From Octopus sinensis (Eukaryota), in NCBI RefSeq assembly GCF_006345805.1, contig NC_042997.1, forward strand, positions 38,998,001 through 39,062,000: 64,000 nt of DNA, given 5' to 3'. Of the stretch, positions 24,952 to 38,939 are shown piece by piece. Every line of letters starts with the position of its first letter. Position 1 is the first letter of the stretch. Below the pieces are notes generated by a model that saw only the letters and a program-made list of their open reading frames with translations, had not been told where the DNA came from and ran no database searches. A program made the translations under genes and the position numbers.

Positions 24952-26820
24952 TGTGAAAAATAATTGATTTTAATGTTGATTAGATAAAGTAAATATTTCT
25001 TTAGAATCGTTTTGTTACTTTTGTCATTGAAAAGAAATTGATTTTTTTTATCTTTTTTCATTTTCTATTATATTATATGTGAATACACGTGGTGTGTAAG
25101 AAATTTTAATGTATTGGAATTTACGTGTCCTTTTATCAAAGCTATTAATATGAACTTGTTAATGTGATAAATAAAAAAATGCACAAAGAATGTGCAATGA
25201 CGTTTATTCACAATTTGCTAGGTTGTGTTTTAATTTCATAATTCTTTTTAGGTGGAGAAAACGATAAAGAAACTAAACAGAATACAGTATTTAGTTTTGT
25301 CCCGTTACCTCCTGATTATCTTGTCCCGTTATCTCCATGACAGATAAAATACGTGATTTTCATATATTGAACCTATTCAATCAACTATCATCTTTTGTCT
25401 ACAGATCCTTGTCCTTGTACCAGTATAAGATATCATTAATTATTAACGATTTAATGAAACGTGAAAGTATATGGGCTAAACTTAAGCCTGTCTGTGATGT
25501 TAAACAGACGAATGGTAAATTTAACCCAAGTTAACACTAGTCTGTCACTTGTAACAGTCCTTGGAAACCCTGGTTCTTATTACTTATAGCTACACGAAAC
25601 AACGAAACACCTACAATAGATGTGAGCACGCGACACATGAGTTAGAAAGCAATATTTTACCAATACTTTATCTACTGAATGATTCATTCCCTCTCTCAAT
25701 CGGAAACCATTTTCATATACATTTTCAACTCGTATCACGCAAAGAAAATCACCATGATCTACCGCCTTATTTATTAAAATTCAACGGTCACATTCATTTT
25801 TACAATTTCGGGCGATTCTTGTTTGTGTGGCATGTCAAGCAGAGGAGATAAATCCATAACGCTATTATATTTCCCCCCTTTCCTTTGAATAATATGCCTG
25901 CCATTCTATCTTAGAATAATTGGTATCCCTTATTTAATGCAGCATGAACCAAGGCCCCTGGCCCCATGTATTAGTTACATTATCTACTAATACATTATTG
26001 CTATGTCGAAGGTTCTCAACGCACAAAGTTTTAGCACTAAATGTTTCTTGGGCATTTTATCTGTAATCATTGCAACATTTCTTATTTATTCCTTCCTGAT
26101 GACGTCCCTTAATTTCAGTCCCAGTTTTAGTTTCCTAACGTCCTTTCGTTTTCTGTATCTTTCACTTTAAGTATTTTTCTTTTACGTTCATGTACTCGAA
26201 ATCACGCTCTGTTCCAGTTTTATTATACTGTTATTTACAAAAATAGAAGGTATCTTAATAAACTAATGCTTTACAAAAATACGCAGAAGACATGTATTTG
26301 TGTTGTTACAATTACATAGAAGAGAAGACTTTTGCTTGCTCCCATTGGAATTTTTTTCTTTATATTGACCATTGAAGCAGCACTGTTATAGATTCAATTG
26401 TAGCAGACTTTAACGCTATTTCAATTAAAGAAAGTACACTTATTTATAAAGTTTAGGAAGGTCCTGACAAGAGTGGAAGAAACATTTAAATAATATAATG
26501 GATCTATGTAATATTTTGTTCCTCGTTTATATGTTTGTCCTTGTTAGTATAGTTAAGAATATTAAGTATTCTATCTTTGAAGTTATCGCCTTTAAATTCC
26601 TCATTATGAGAGCAGGGATTGAAAGGATTCTACAGTCGCCGATGGATATTTTGGAGATCAGAGAATGGTTAGAATTTATATCAATACACAGCATTTTCTC
26701 GTAAAGTTTGCACTAAAAGTAGTATTTGTCAGCATCTATATCTAGAGGGATATCTTAAAGATTTAGTATATTTAGATTCAAAAGATTATCTGCAAATTCC
26801 CTCTACAAATATACTTTGTG

Positions 26821-27052
26821 TTTAAATGGCAACAATATTAGTAATTACAAAATTGACTGGTCCATGAGACAACACGAGTCCCCAAGTATAAATTATTCTA
26901 TGTGCTATTTATGTCTCTCGGAAAAATATAACATCTTTAAATGGCAACAATATTAATAATTATAAAATTGACTGGTCAATGAGACAACATGAGTCCCCAA
27001 ATATAATATATTCTATGTGTCATTTCTGTCTCTCGGAAAAATGTAACATCTT
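26821..27052. repeat. Diverged direct tandem duplication, 115-bp period, two copies
   Basis: tttaaatggcaacaatatta...ggaaaaat(a/g)taacatc starts at 26821 and again at 26936. Confidence 0.9.
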
Positions 27053-28215
27053 ACAGCCTTTTGCAATTATGAACAAAAGACCAGAATTGATTAATTCTTG
27101 CAGAGACTTCTAACGATATTTATTGAGGAATTACCACCTGGCTAAAATTGTTTATTGCTCGTATAATTGATCTGCCATACCTTGGAAGATTGCAATATGA
27201 TACCAATCATCGATAATAGAACTTTCTAAAATAATAACCTTTATTAGTCATATTCTTGCTTTACAAATATGATACTAAAGAGATAAAATTCCAGGTATTC
27301 TTGCATGTGAGTAGACGAATATACCGCATATTCTGCAAATGACAGTTGAATAGATAGTTGTTCTTGGGTAACTAATCAACTCTCAGTAATTATTCTTATT
27401 TTGATGTGTTTATGAACATATTTGCTTAAACTTTGTGGTATTAGTTCCCTGTTTCACTCGTCTGAATAATTGGCATGCGGAAATAATCGTAGTAACGATT
27501 CAAGTAGCTTCCACTTATAATGATATGTACACTAACTGTTTTAAGTACTGTGTACACTTTTTCTTCATTTGTAACCGCAAGTATTCACCAAACTGTACAC
27601 ATGTGTGTACGTGTGTAGATATATATACTTTTACATTTACTTTTTACTTTTATTTGTTTCGGTCAGTTTGAAATTGTGCATTCTGATCTGTAGTATAAAT
27701 TCTATAAAGTATCACTTTATCGGAGTTCTGTAGTACACCCAAATTAATTCTGGAAAATTATACTTCCACATATTTTAAGTATTATTCAGAAAATAGTTCA
27801 ATATATCATCACTTTATTATTCTACTTTTTTCTTTCCTTTAAATTTCTTCAACTCCTACATATTCACCACATGATTTAATTATATATCAACATTGATCCA
27901 AACAAAATGCTATGCAGAAAAGCAAAATGTGACAGACTACAGTCATACGCACAAATATACTCTCACTCCCAGCATACACGAGCATTCGAAAACAGCATAG
28001 CCACTTATCCATACATACACACACACACACAGAAACATGCACACACACACACACACACAGAAACATGCACATACACACACATACACACAGAAACACACAC
28101 ACACACATATGCATACATATATATAAATATATATATAAGTATATATATACACACACAAACATATATATAAGTTTATTCATTTATTTATAAGTTTATTCGT
28201 ATATAAGTTTATTCA

Positions 28216-28447
28216 AGGCGGCGAGCTGGCTGAATCGTTAGCACACCGGGCGAAATGCGTAGCCGTATTTCGTCTGCCGTTACGTTCTGAGTTCAAATTC
28301 CGCCGAGGTCGACTTTGCCTTTCATTCTCTCGGGGTCGATAAATTAAGTACTAGTTTCGCACTGGGGTCGATGTAATCGACTTAATCCCTTTGTCTGTCC
28401 TTGTTTGTCCCCTCTATGATTAGCCCCTTGTGGGTAGTAAAGAAATA
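28216..28447 (+). mobile_element. Full-length SINE-A monomer with TSD
   Basis: Complete head and tail, flanked by TATATAAGTTTATTC on both sides. Confidence 0.9.
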
Positions 28448-30194
28448 TATATATAAGTTTATTCGTTTGTAGAGAAACCTCAGCTTCAAATAGATGTGTG
28501 TGTGTGTGTGTATACAAACCTAGTAGAATCAAAGACAAAAATGAGAGTTCATCTTTTTTCAGTAATAACTTTGTTTTTTTATCTCTGCTTCTCTATTCCC
28601 TTCAACGCTGAAATATACTATCATATGCGTGTGGAATATTGTTGAGGAGAATGTTCCAAGGAGAGAATTTTAATACACGAAACGGTAGACACTGTCAGCT
28701 TCCAAATATACCACATTCGAAATCACGATCAAAAACTCACTATTGTACCAGTCTGATATTTAGAGGTCCTCAATTGTTCAACTGCCCACTAAAGAAATCA
28801 GAAATATAAAAGGGATCTCTTTTGAAAAATTCAAAAGAAAAACATTGCATAAACTCCTAACAATGATACAGGACCAGCCAACTGTTGAAGGATGCACTCA
28901 AGGAAGCTCAGCTGCTACGAATTCAGCCATAGGCCAACTTCCAGCCATAAGGCAACAAAACTGAAAGGAAGTTAATTAAGACGGTGCTCCAGCATGGCAA
29001 CAGTCTCAACTGAAAACACTAAAAAGATAAACGAAGCAAGGTCAACATTCTATATTAATCATCAGAGAGATATCTTTACATTACTAATAAACTTCCCATA
29101 TTAAATCTGGCATTTAAATGCTAAATAATACATCGAAATTTGAATCTGAGGAATTCTGCAATAAGAATGAAGTTAAAAACTGAGAAAACAAGTTATTTAC
29201 ATTAGTTGGTGCATATTCAAAGTATTTATAACATTTGTTTAACTTATAAAATACAGGCCTAAAAGCATCAATGATACTCTAAATTTCATAACTTTATATG
29301 CCACAGAACCTTCCAGAAATAGACACCAATATCTAAGCGTCATCTAAGCCTATTAATATTACTTATCAATACCAATTAAGTGATCTTTAAAATTAAAATA
29401 AATGTGCCCTTTTAAAGCCTAACCAGGCTCATGGGCCCGGTTTCCCGGTTTCAATGGCGTATGTGTTCCCCAGCTGGATAGGACGCCAGTCCAATGCAGC
29501 GTTACTCATTTTTGCCAGCTGAGTGAACTGGAGCAACGTGAAATGAAGTGTTTTGCTCAAGAACACAACGCGTCGCCCGGTACAGGAATCGAAACCACAA
29601 TCTTACGATCATGATGCTGACACCCTAACCACTAAGCCACGCGCCTCCACAAGTGATGTTTACCAATACCAATGTAAATGATCTATACAAACTATACAAA
29701 CTGTACAAACACTTTTGACTTTACAAAAGTGAAAGACAACTCAGAATAACGAAACTAAGACATAAGAAATTGACAATCAGTCATAATAGATATGTATTCC
29801 CATCATCAGCTGTCAAACGGATAGCTCTATGGTTTCGGCACCTAGGCAGGACTATTTAATCCGGCAGTGTCGGCAGTGTTGAAAATATAAATGCTACCTG
29901 GGTACACACCAGCTTATTACTACAAGTAACAACATCAAAATAAACAAATAGTGATAACTTATTGTTACAAAATAGTACTTATTAAACAAAGAAACTATTC
30001 CAAAACGGACATTCATGCAATACAACGAACACAGACTACTACATGCGTTGTTTTCTGATAACTACTGTAACCTTGTTTTTCCATGTGCACTTTTAACATA
30101 TTAGCCCGAACCAAAACCATTCCAACTGTATTTATTATTCAACAATATCTAATGACCTGACTGGAAAACGTTATAACCCATCCAAAGAAGAATT

Positions 30195-30556
30195 CTAATA
30201 AACCGCCTGAGGCAAAGATAGAATGCGGAAATTAAAACTATCATTCTTGTTATAAATCCTCAACACTATTCCCAGATACAAGCAGTTAACCTCTTTTACA
30301 GAATCACCATTTCTAGTCGCTTCGAGATCCACAGAATATATTTTTCCCAGCAAATATTCAAAATACCCACTGATAGGAATAAAAATAACATCGATATATG
30401 TGCAGCATCTACTGAGTTGCGTGACCAAACCTATCTTTTCCCTTCGGTATAGATCATTAAAGAAGTTGAACTCACATAAAGATAGATACGAATCTGCTAA
30501 TTCCGGACTACTATTAACACCCATCGGAATCTCCTTAATTTGTTTAAAAAGCTTCC
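30195..30556 (-). mobile_element. Decayed Penelope-like RT fragment of a second lineage
   Basis: KLFKQIKEIPMGVNSSPELADSYLSLCE...CTYIDV...RIYNKNDSFNFRILSLP matches the GIPMGxNxxPxxAD...YIDD...YDKRDDFxF type of PLE RT. Confidence 0.75.
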
Positions 30557-30580
30557 TAACAAATGTAATTTATTCGTCAA

Positions 30581-30785
30581 CTATATATATAAAACAAAGG
30601 TGGTGTGCGCGCGTGTGTGTATGTGTGCGTGCATGTGAGTGTATGTGTGTCGTACGTATGCATTTCTATACTTTTCAACCGATTTTCCCCAAACTTTACA
30701 CACGCATTAGTAATGTGCCGAGGATGGTCATGCACTAATACATTGTGCTCAGAGTTCCCGCGTAATGCGAGAAACCGACCAGCTA
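30581..30785 (+). mobile_element. Short non-autonomous Helitron-like element
   Basis: Starts ctatatatataaaac, internal (TG)n and ccgattttccccaaactt core, subterminal hairpin tcccgcgtaatgcgaga, ends agcta(t). Termini are imperfect. Confidence 0.4.
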
Positions 30786-31831
30786 TATATATATATACAC
30801 ATATATATACGTATACATACATATATATATAAACAGGCACACACATGTATATACATAACTGTCTTTATATGTATATGTGTGTGTCTTAAATTTTGCATGT
30901 GAGTGTGTCGGTATGTGTGTGAGCGCGCGATAATTATTATAGATACCTGTAATATATAGAAGATAGTTAAAGACATTTCTATATGCATAAAACACGGAAC
31001 GTTTAACGTTAACTACAGACATGTGGTGCAAGTACAGAATTTATTTAACTATAAATGTGTGTGTAAGTGTGTGTGAATGTATGTGTGTGTTTGAGTGTGA
31101 ATGTGTGTGAGTGTATGTGCGTGCATGAGTGAGTGAGTGTATGAGGGAGAGAGAGAGAGAGAGAGAGTATGTTTATGTTCATAGTTATGTAAATCATAGC
31201 TTAAAGTAACTGTAAACTGAAAAAACATTTTAACTTGGACAATCATGCTGAAGATTCCGCTGGATTTATTTCCTTCATTGTTCTTCGCATTATCAATCGT
31301 TTTTAATGAATATTGAATGCCATAACGGAAACAAAGCAAACGAATTCTTCGACAGAGCAGAGATCGTTGATATTGTTCTTATTTTATAGATTCTTTATCT
31401 ATAAAAACAGTCTGCGACTATTTTTCCAACGAATTTATAGACTGAAACAAAAATTAACAAGTAAACATAAATACCACTCATCGGAGAAAGAGAAAATATT
31501 AACATAGGTTTTGTACGAATAATTATAGATATTTATAAATAGGTTTCCTGAAATATGCATACGCCAAAAAAAGTAAGCGTAGTCATGGCTATATGGAGGG
31601 TGAAAATATTCTTTTTGTTTTTTGGTCGGTATGCCATAAGTTAACTAAACACATTTTATAAATATTTTGCTTACAATCCTGTTTGCGTGGGAAAATATAC
31701 CAGTTATTATTTCATGTTTTTCAAAGTTCCTTTTCATTATATATGCAGATTTGATAAAATTCTATGATCAAGAATATTAGATCTTCTCTGATAATTACCT
31801 CTAAGAACTTTAGCACAGTACTTACATGTGC

Positions 31832-31874
<43 letters not shown>

Positions 31875-31883
31875 TAAATATAT

Positions 31884-31943
<60 letters not shown>

Positions 31944-33019
31944 AATATATATATATATATAAAGAGAGTAGGGGAGAGAGAAAGAGGGAAGAGATATCTA
32001 CACATATATATTGTTTACTCTTCCACTGAGGATGGATCAACAAAAATGTACTTCGTCCAGTATTTAAAATAATGGTTTCTTGCTATAGAGACACACTGTG
32101 ATTGGGCAGATTTATATAACATGCCCTGTGCCTCCATGCGGTCTTCAGGCTCGGGGCTTAGTTTCATTTGAACACTAGGACATTACTACATAAGAAACCA
32201 TGAGAAACACGAAAAGATTGATGCAAAAATTGGAAAGACAAAACAAAGGGTGAATAAAAGTAGAAAAAGGAAAGGAAGGGAAGAAAATTTGGAGTTATGC
32301 CCCCTTTGATCGTAGGAATCATAATTAATCTAGCTGGTGTCGAATAATTCAATGATAAGGAGTTCAAAAGCTGCAGGACGGCTGCTCAATCCAGGGAGGG
32401 TGCTATCACCCAGTTCGACAACGGAATATTTATCACAACAGTGACTTCCGCCTCATTGATGACTGAATCTATCAAACACACCTGAACTAGTGTGCAAGCT
32501 TCGTGGTCTTGACAATTACAACTGGAAATGGACTCTTGGGGATGCTGGCGAGTAACAATATCCTTTATATTAGGGCAGCTGCTGTGGCCGTGTGGTAAGT
32601 AGCTTGCAAAACAACCACATGGTTTCGGGTTCAGTCTCACTGCTTGGCACCTTGGGCAAGTGTTTTCTACTATAGCCTCGGGCCGACCAAAGCCTTGTGA
32701 GTGGATTTGGTAGACGGAAACTGAAAAGAAGTCCGTCATATATATGTATATATGCGTGTGTGTGTTTGTGTGTCTGTGTTTGTCCCCCTAGCATTGCTTG
32801 ACAACCGATGCTGGTGTGTTTATGTCCCCGTTACTTAGCGGTTCGGCAAAAGAGACCGATAGAATAAGTACTGGGCTTACAAAAAGAATAAGTCCCGGGG
32901 TCGAGTTGCTCGATTAAAGGCGGTGCTCCAGCATGGCCGCAGTCAAATGACTGAAACAAGTAAAAGAGTAAAAGAGTAAAGAGTATATCACTTTTATCGG
33001 GCACCTATTAGAAATCTTC

Positions 33020-33294
33020 CTCAAAATTGGGGCACCATTTATGCTGCTTCGAAAACTCGGTCCACCAAAGCTTTGCAATGGCACACGACTTATAATAAAG
33101 AAGATGATGCCAACAGTCTTGGAGACAACAATTTTGACAGGTAAAGCAAGCAGTGAACCTGTATTCATCCTAGAATTCCACTTATTCCCTCGGATATACC
33201 TTTCCAGTACAAGCGCCTACAATTCCCGTTGAAACTTTTCAATGAGCATTAACAAGACCCAGGGCAGTCCTTGAACGTGGTAGGTCTGAATATT
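33020..33294 (+). mobile_element. Helitron RepHel PIF1-helicase coding fragment (pseudogenised)
   Basis: LKIGAPFMLLRKLGPPKLCNGTRLIIKKMMPTVLETTILTGK, then after frameshifts RIPLIPSDIPFQYKRLQFP and SMSINKTQGQSLNVVGL. These are PIF1 motifs V and VI. Confidence 0.92.
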
Positions 33295-33324
33295 TAATCT
33301 CGGAACACCGAAACTATATATATA

Positions 33325-33716
33325 TCTTTATATATAAAAGTGAAGTTGTGTGTCTGTCTCCTACGATTTAGATTCCTAACTACTCCCACATTTTGCGGTG
33401 CAGTTTAACCAAAAGCGGTTATCTTATAGTCGTGATTCATATCGAGCCCTTCTGGGTATTAGCGCGCGTCTACGATGAGTCTACGATTTAAAAAAAAATT
33501 TACCATCATTTTTTCCATTTTTAATGCATTTTTTTGCTATTATATAAGGAAAGTAACTCGCGTCTACGATGAGTCTACGATTTTTTAAAATTTACCATAA
33601 TTTTTCCGCATTTTTAATGCATTTTCGCTCGGTTTATATAAGGGAAGTAACTCTCTATAAATGCTTATATAGTTATTTCCCTTACAAACCCGAGCAACGC
33701 CGGGCGATACTGCTAG
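33325..33716 (+). mobile_element. Non-autonomous Helitron
   Basis: A|TC start (tctttatatataaaag), 3' hairpin cccgagcaacgccggg, CTAG|T end, no TSD. Confidence 0.85.
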
Positions 33717-34051
33717 TTACTCATAAGAAATAAAGATGAGAGATTGAATAAATCCATTTCTGTGAAGAGCTCAGCTGCTGCCGCTTATTTGACTGCTGCC
33801 ACTCCTTTTGAAAATAGTTTCGACCACACTACTTAACTTACCATCACAGACCGCAGCTGAAGTTGCTACTAGCAATGCCACGAAATTAACGGAAATTACC
33901 ACGTGCTCTTGCAGGAAAAAGAAAAGTATACTATGAACGTTTGTTTTATTAATAATTTTATTAATATTTTTTTCTCTACATATTTTAAATTTGTGCATAT
34001 TTGTCATAAGGTTTTCAAACAATCGAAACATGTAAAACAAAAACATTTTTT

Positions 34052-34471
34052 GGATCTTTTCGGTTTGAACGGCAGTTTTTTAAAATAATTTCCACGTAAC
34101 TAAACACTTTTAAACTTCGTATACTGGTAGAATGTGCTTATAAAACATCTTTTTCTCTTGGCTTTATTGGGAAAATTCTATAGTTTGTAAGATATTTGTT
34201 GTTTTTTTCTTCAATTTCTACAATTTTAACCAATCAATGACGTCCATTGAGGTGAAAACATTCTGTGCCGTACGAATATGTCCCTCGTTTAAGAAACAGA
34301 TTGGGTTTATTTACATTTCTGAAAAAAAAAGATACCCTTCCCCCACCCCTAACCCTAATCCTAACTCTAAAACAGATTGAAATGCAATAGATCGATACTA
34401 GGGTCATAATTATGGGTGGCAATTTCATATGACACCGCTAGAAAAAACTGCCGTTCAAACGGAAAAGATCC
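34052..34471. mobile_element. MITE with 30-bp TIRs and an internal telomere-like tract
   Basis: TIRs ggatcttttc(g/c)gtttgaacggcagtttttt with 1 mismatch in 30. CCCTAACCCTAATCCTAACTCTAA at 34347-34370. Confidence 0.8.
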
Positions 34472-35155
34472 AATTTTTTAATGTAAAGAAATTTAAATGT
34501 ACCTAATTTTAAAAAAGTAACATTTTCGTTATTTTTCATAAATATCTACCTACTCGTGTGTTACCTCTACGTTTTTAAATATATATATCTGTTTGTATGT
34601 GTATGTGTGTGCATATGTATACATATGTACTTATATAGTTTAAGTGTGTATATATATATATATACATATAGATATATAGATAGATACATACATATAGACA
34701 TGCATGTATATGTACATATATACATATGTACTTACATAACCATTAATCAAATGGTTATATCGGACTCCGACTATGGGACATTCTCGTCGATTAATCGTAC
34801 ATTGCAACATTTTGCAACATTTTGCAGTACATTATATGAAATAAGATTAGGTATTATTTGACAGCATTCTCTTCTTATAGAAATTTTCACAAGAATCTAT
34901 GGCAGCGTTATCAATGGCAAAAGTACAAACTAAAATCAATACACAGACGCGGCACACATGCAAAAAGTCATTAAATCTTCCAAGTGTCAACCATTGATTA
35001 AGTATAGGTAGAATGCTATTTGTTAAAATATTATAATTGTCTATATATGTAATTGGTATGAGATGACAATCTATCAGCTTTTTTAGATTAGGTGATCCTA
35101 TGATTACTTTTTAAAATTAATCTGTAAATAGTCGTATTTTGAGCATTCGGATAAA

Positions 35156-35502
35156 GTCTTAGGTACTACTAGCGAACAGGTACTAGGTCTTAGGTACTAC
35201 TAGCGAACGGTGCGCGCTCTCGCGCACTCGCACATTCGCGCTAGCTAGTCGTGACTAGTAGATCCTACAACGACTACGTAGCAAAGTAAATAAAACACAA
35301 AATAAATCATTTTTTTACACAAAGTAAATAAATTTTGTTAAACAAAGTAAGTAAAACACAAAAACACAAAGTAAATATTTTTTAAACAAAGTAAATAACA
35401 CACAAAAACACAAAGGATCGACTAGTCATGACTAGCTAGTGCGGATGCGCGAGTATGCGCGTGCGCGCACCGGGACCACTGTTCGCTAGCAATACCTAAG
35501 AC
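35156..35502. mobile_element. MITE with about 85-bp GC-rich TIRs; a truncated relative lies at 38801-38939
   Basis: gtcttaggtactactagcgaac...gatcct is inverted relative to aggatc...gttcgctagcaatacctaagac. The AT-rich interior has repeated CAAAGTAAATA. The left terminus is duplicated (35156 and 35187). Confidence 0.8.
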
Positions 35503-36066
35503 AATTATTAATAGTGAGACCCATGGAAATTCCACAGAACGAAAAAGATTAAGAGAAGCTATTTAAGAACGAAAGGATTATTTGCATTTTTATTTCTATT
35601 TTGCTAAGTATTTCACTTCCAATACTATATTAGATTTTTAAATTTCCCCTTTCTCTCTTTCTCTCTACCTCTTAAAAAAAATTTTAACGATGTAATTCCC
35701 GTCTCCATGTCTTTAACATTTCTCTCTTTTTTTTCACCTCTCACTCCCACTAACTCTTTCTATCTTTCTTTTAATGTAACTACCTCCCCTGCCCATCTCT
35801 CTTTATCTGCCATTCTTTAACCTCACCAGCAGAACATTACCCTCTGCTAAATATTGTGTCCTAAATATATCTCTTTCTCTTTATCTTTCTCTTTATCTCC
35901 CCACACTAGAGTACATCGTTAACATTTCCCTCTCCTTCTTTTCTCACACTGTCTTTTCTGTCACTCTTCACCTCTCCCTCCAACATACCATGCGACGCAT
36001 TAGGCCTTATTATACCTCTTTCTCTACTTTTTCCTCACTTCTTACTTCTCTGTTCACTTTCGTCAC

Positions 36067-36099
<33 letters not shown>

Positions 36100-37033
36100 T
36101 CACACTTTTACTCCACCTCTCACCCAATCCACCTCCACCTCTCTAACTAGCTAAAGTATAACGGGCGAACTAACAAGCAGATTTTTATATAGATTATTAT
36201 TGGTATTATTGTTATGGCTAGTAGAAGAAAACTGTGTCTTATTTTCGTATTTAAAAGAATTATTAATAATATATGTGGTATTTCAACGAATAGTTTAACA
36301 TACTAATAGACAATTTTGGACATTTAGGCTTCTTTTTTCTTTTCTTTTTTTTCCGACACAGTTTCAATGATATTTTTATTAAATCTATTGCTGTACAATT
36401 TACTTGGAAATTTATAATCAAATTATCTATCCGTAATTGTCGAGATAATCAACTTCTTCATACACGTTATGATATATACTGGGGGTTATAAAAACTGGTC
36501 CAAGTTCTCTGATTAATATGGAAGATTAGATTGTGATTAACTGCCAACATATATGTTTTATTATCTTTTCTAATTATCCTGAAGAAAAAAATAAAATTAA
36601 ACTTACAATTCATGAAATAAAAGATAACTTAGATGGGAATAATATATATTACATTAGAAAAATAATTTTTTTACTTCGCCTGTCTTTGCGTTCTGAATTC
36701 AAATGCCACGAAGGTCGACTTTGCCATTCATCCTTTTGGGGTCGATAAATTAAGTACCAGTTGTGTACTGGGGTCGATTTAATCTACTGGCCCCTTCCCC
36801 AAAAATTTCGGGCCTTGTGCCTAGAGTAGAAAAGAATAATTCTCTTACTTTAAGATAACATGCTCAGGTGATCTTGCTTTCCCTATGTGACTAATTAATT
36901 TCTCAGTTTATCGTGTATTATCATAATCTTTCATTTTAAGTTATTTCATCTATCATTTTAATGTCCTGATATTTTATTTTACTAATTTATATTTTAATTT
37001 TATCCTTAATTTCATTGAGTTTCTATTTATCTA

Positions 37034-37730
37034 TATCTGAATATCTTCCTCTCCACGATGTGGTATCAAAAAGTCAAAAGGTTACCGGACTAGTTATGTC
37101 TAATAAGAAATAACTTATTTGCCTAAGTTTTATCATCATCTCCTTCGAAATAGTTATCTTGCGCAGCTATACACCGGTCCCAGTGTTCCTGCCACTTTTG
37201 GAATCCGGCCTAAAAATCGTTTTCTGTAAAGAAGTCCAGGACCTTTTGCGATTTGCTCTGGATCTCGACAACGGTGTTAAAACGTTGAGCTGCATTTTCA
37301 TCTGGGGGAATAGAGCGGGTGCAGAAGCGATACCATGTTGTTTTGGGCGAGAAACTCACGAGTGAGGAGAGTTCGGTGACAGGGTACAATGTCGTCATGA
37401 AGAATGGGATTCTTCACACTCCACAGACCCGGTCGCTTTCGGCGAATGTCTTCCCCAACACGCTTCAAAACGTCACAGTAAAACTCACGATTGACAGCCT
37501 GACAATGGGATACGTTCTTCCGCCTTTGAAGCGCCTGTGCCACTCGAAACATTGTGTACGACCATTGCCTGCCTCGTTGATGTAAGCCTGCCGAAGCATG
37601 CTCAATGCCTCTGTAGCAGACTTCCCAAGTTTAACGCAAAATTTCACGTTGGCTCTTTATTCCTGACCATGACGAAATCGCGGACTACAGCAGACACACG
37701 TGATCGCAAAAACAAATTTCACAACTTACT
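37034..37730 (-). mobile_element. Internally deleted mariner transposon
   Basis: KFCVKLGKSATEALSMLRQAY...TQCFEWHRRFKGGR, VNREFYCDVLKRVGEDIRRKRPGLW...ILHDD...HPLYSP and FQKWQEHWDRCIAAQDNYFEGD. TIR-like acgatgtggtatcaaaaagt at about 37034. Confidence 0.9.
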
Positions 37731-38017
37731 ACGTATTTGTACATATACATATATATGTCTGTGTGCATGCATATATCTTTTTTGCATATGTCAGGATGTG
37801 CTCTTGTATGAGTATGTACGTATATATGTATATATTTATGCTTCTATGTATGTTTGTATCTTTGTATCTATTTATATGTGTGGGAGTGTATATGTGTTTG
37901 AGTATGTTGTATATGTACATATGCGTGTCTGTGTGTGTGAATATAAGTGTATATATAATAAAATATACATACGTGCGTACGCGAGTCTGAATATATGTCT
38001 GTATATATGTATATAGT

Positions 38018-38260
38018 GGAAGCACGTGGCTTAGTGGTTAGGGTGTCAGCACCATGATCGTAAGATTGTGGTTTCGATTCCTGCACCGGGCGACGCGTTG
38101 TGTTCTTGAGCAAAACACTTCATTTCACGTTGCTCCAGTTCACTCAGCTGGCAAAAATGAGTAACGCTGCGATGGACTGGCGCTCCGTCCAGCTGGGGAA
38201 CACATACGCCATTGAAACCGGGAAACCGGGCCCATGAGCCTGGCTCGGCTTTAAAAGGGT
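38018..38260 (+). mobile_element. tRNA-derived SINE-C. Also 29406-29648(-); 55161-55478 has the same head with a different tail
   Basis: Head gcgtggcttagtggttagg...ggtttcgattcc, core gttgtgt(t/c)cttgagcaa(a/g)acact, tail gaaaccgggcccatgagcctggc. Confidence 0.88.
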
Positions 38261-38939
38261 CCATTTACTTTTGTATATATATGTATATGCATGTATATTT
38301 GTACTTGTGTATATGTATATGTATGCATGATGCTTTTGTGCGTGTGTGTGCGTGTATGTCTGTGTGTGCGTGTGTGTTGGTGTAATCAGTTGTCTCAGAC
38401 TTGTTCTGCTTGTGTCTCATGGAAATGTACACTAAAATCTCCTCCTCAAATCCTGTATGTATATTATAGTATGTAATTTTAAATCTAATGTACTAAATGT
38501 ACTAATGTACTAATGTTTACGGCAACATACGACCTTTTCTATTGTACAAACTATAACCATTTGCAAAACAACTTTCTAATGTTTGCATTCTTTTACAATT
38601 CTGCAACAGGAAATCGCTGATGTCAACGTCCGTTCATAAAAAATCGCTTTGTCCTACATTGACAACTTTATGTTAATGATGACGAAATGAGATAGATAAC
38701 AATATAATTGATATTGAAGAGAACAAAATTGAGGTTGATGATGATGAATTTAAAGTTTTACGTTGACGAGATTGAGATTGGTGGTACTATTTAAGTAGAG
38801 TGGTCCCGGTGCGCGCACTCGCGTACTCGTGCATCCGCGCTAGCTAGTCGTGACTAGTCGATCCTACAACGACTACCTAGCAGAGTAAATAAAACACAAA
38901 ATATTTTTTTCCACAAAGTAAATAATTTTTTTTAACAAA

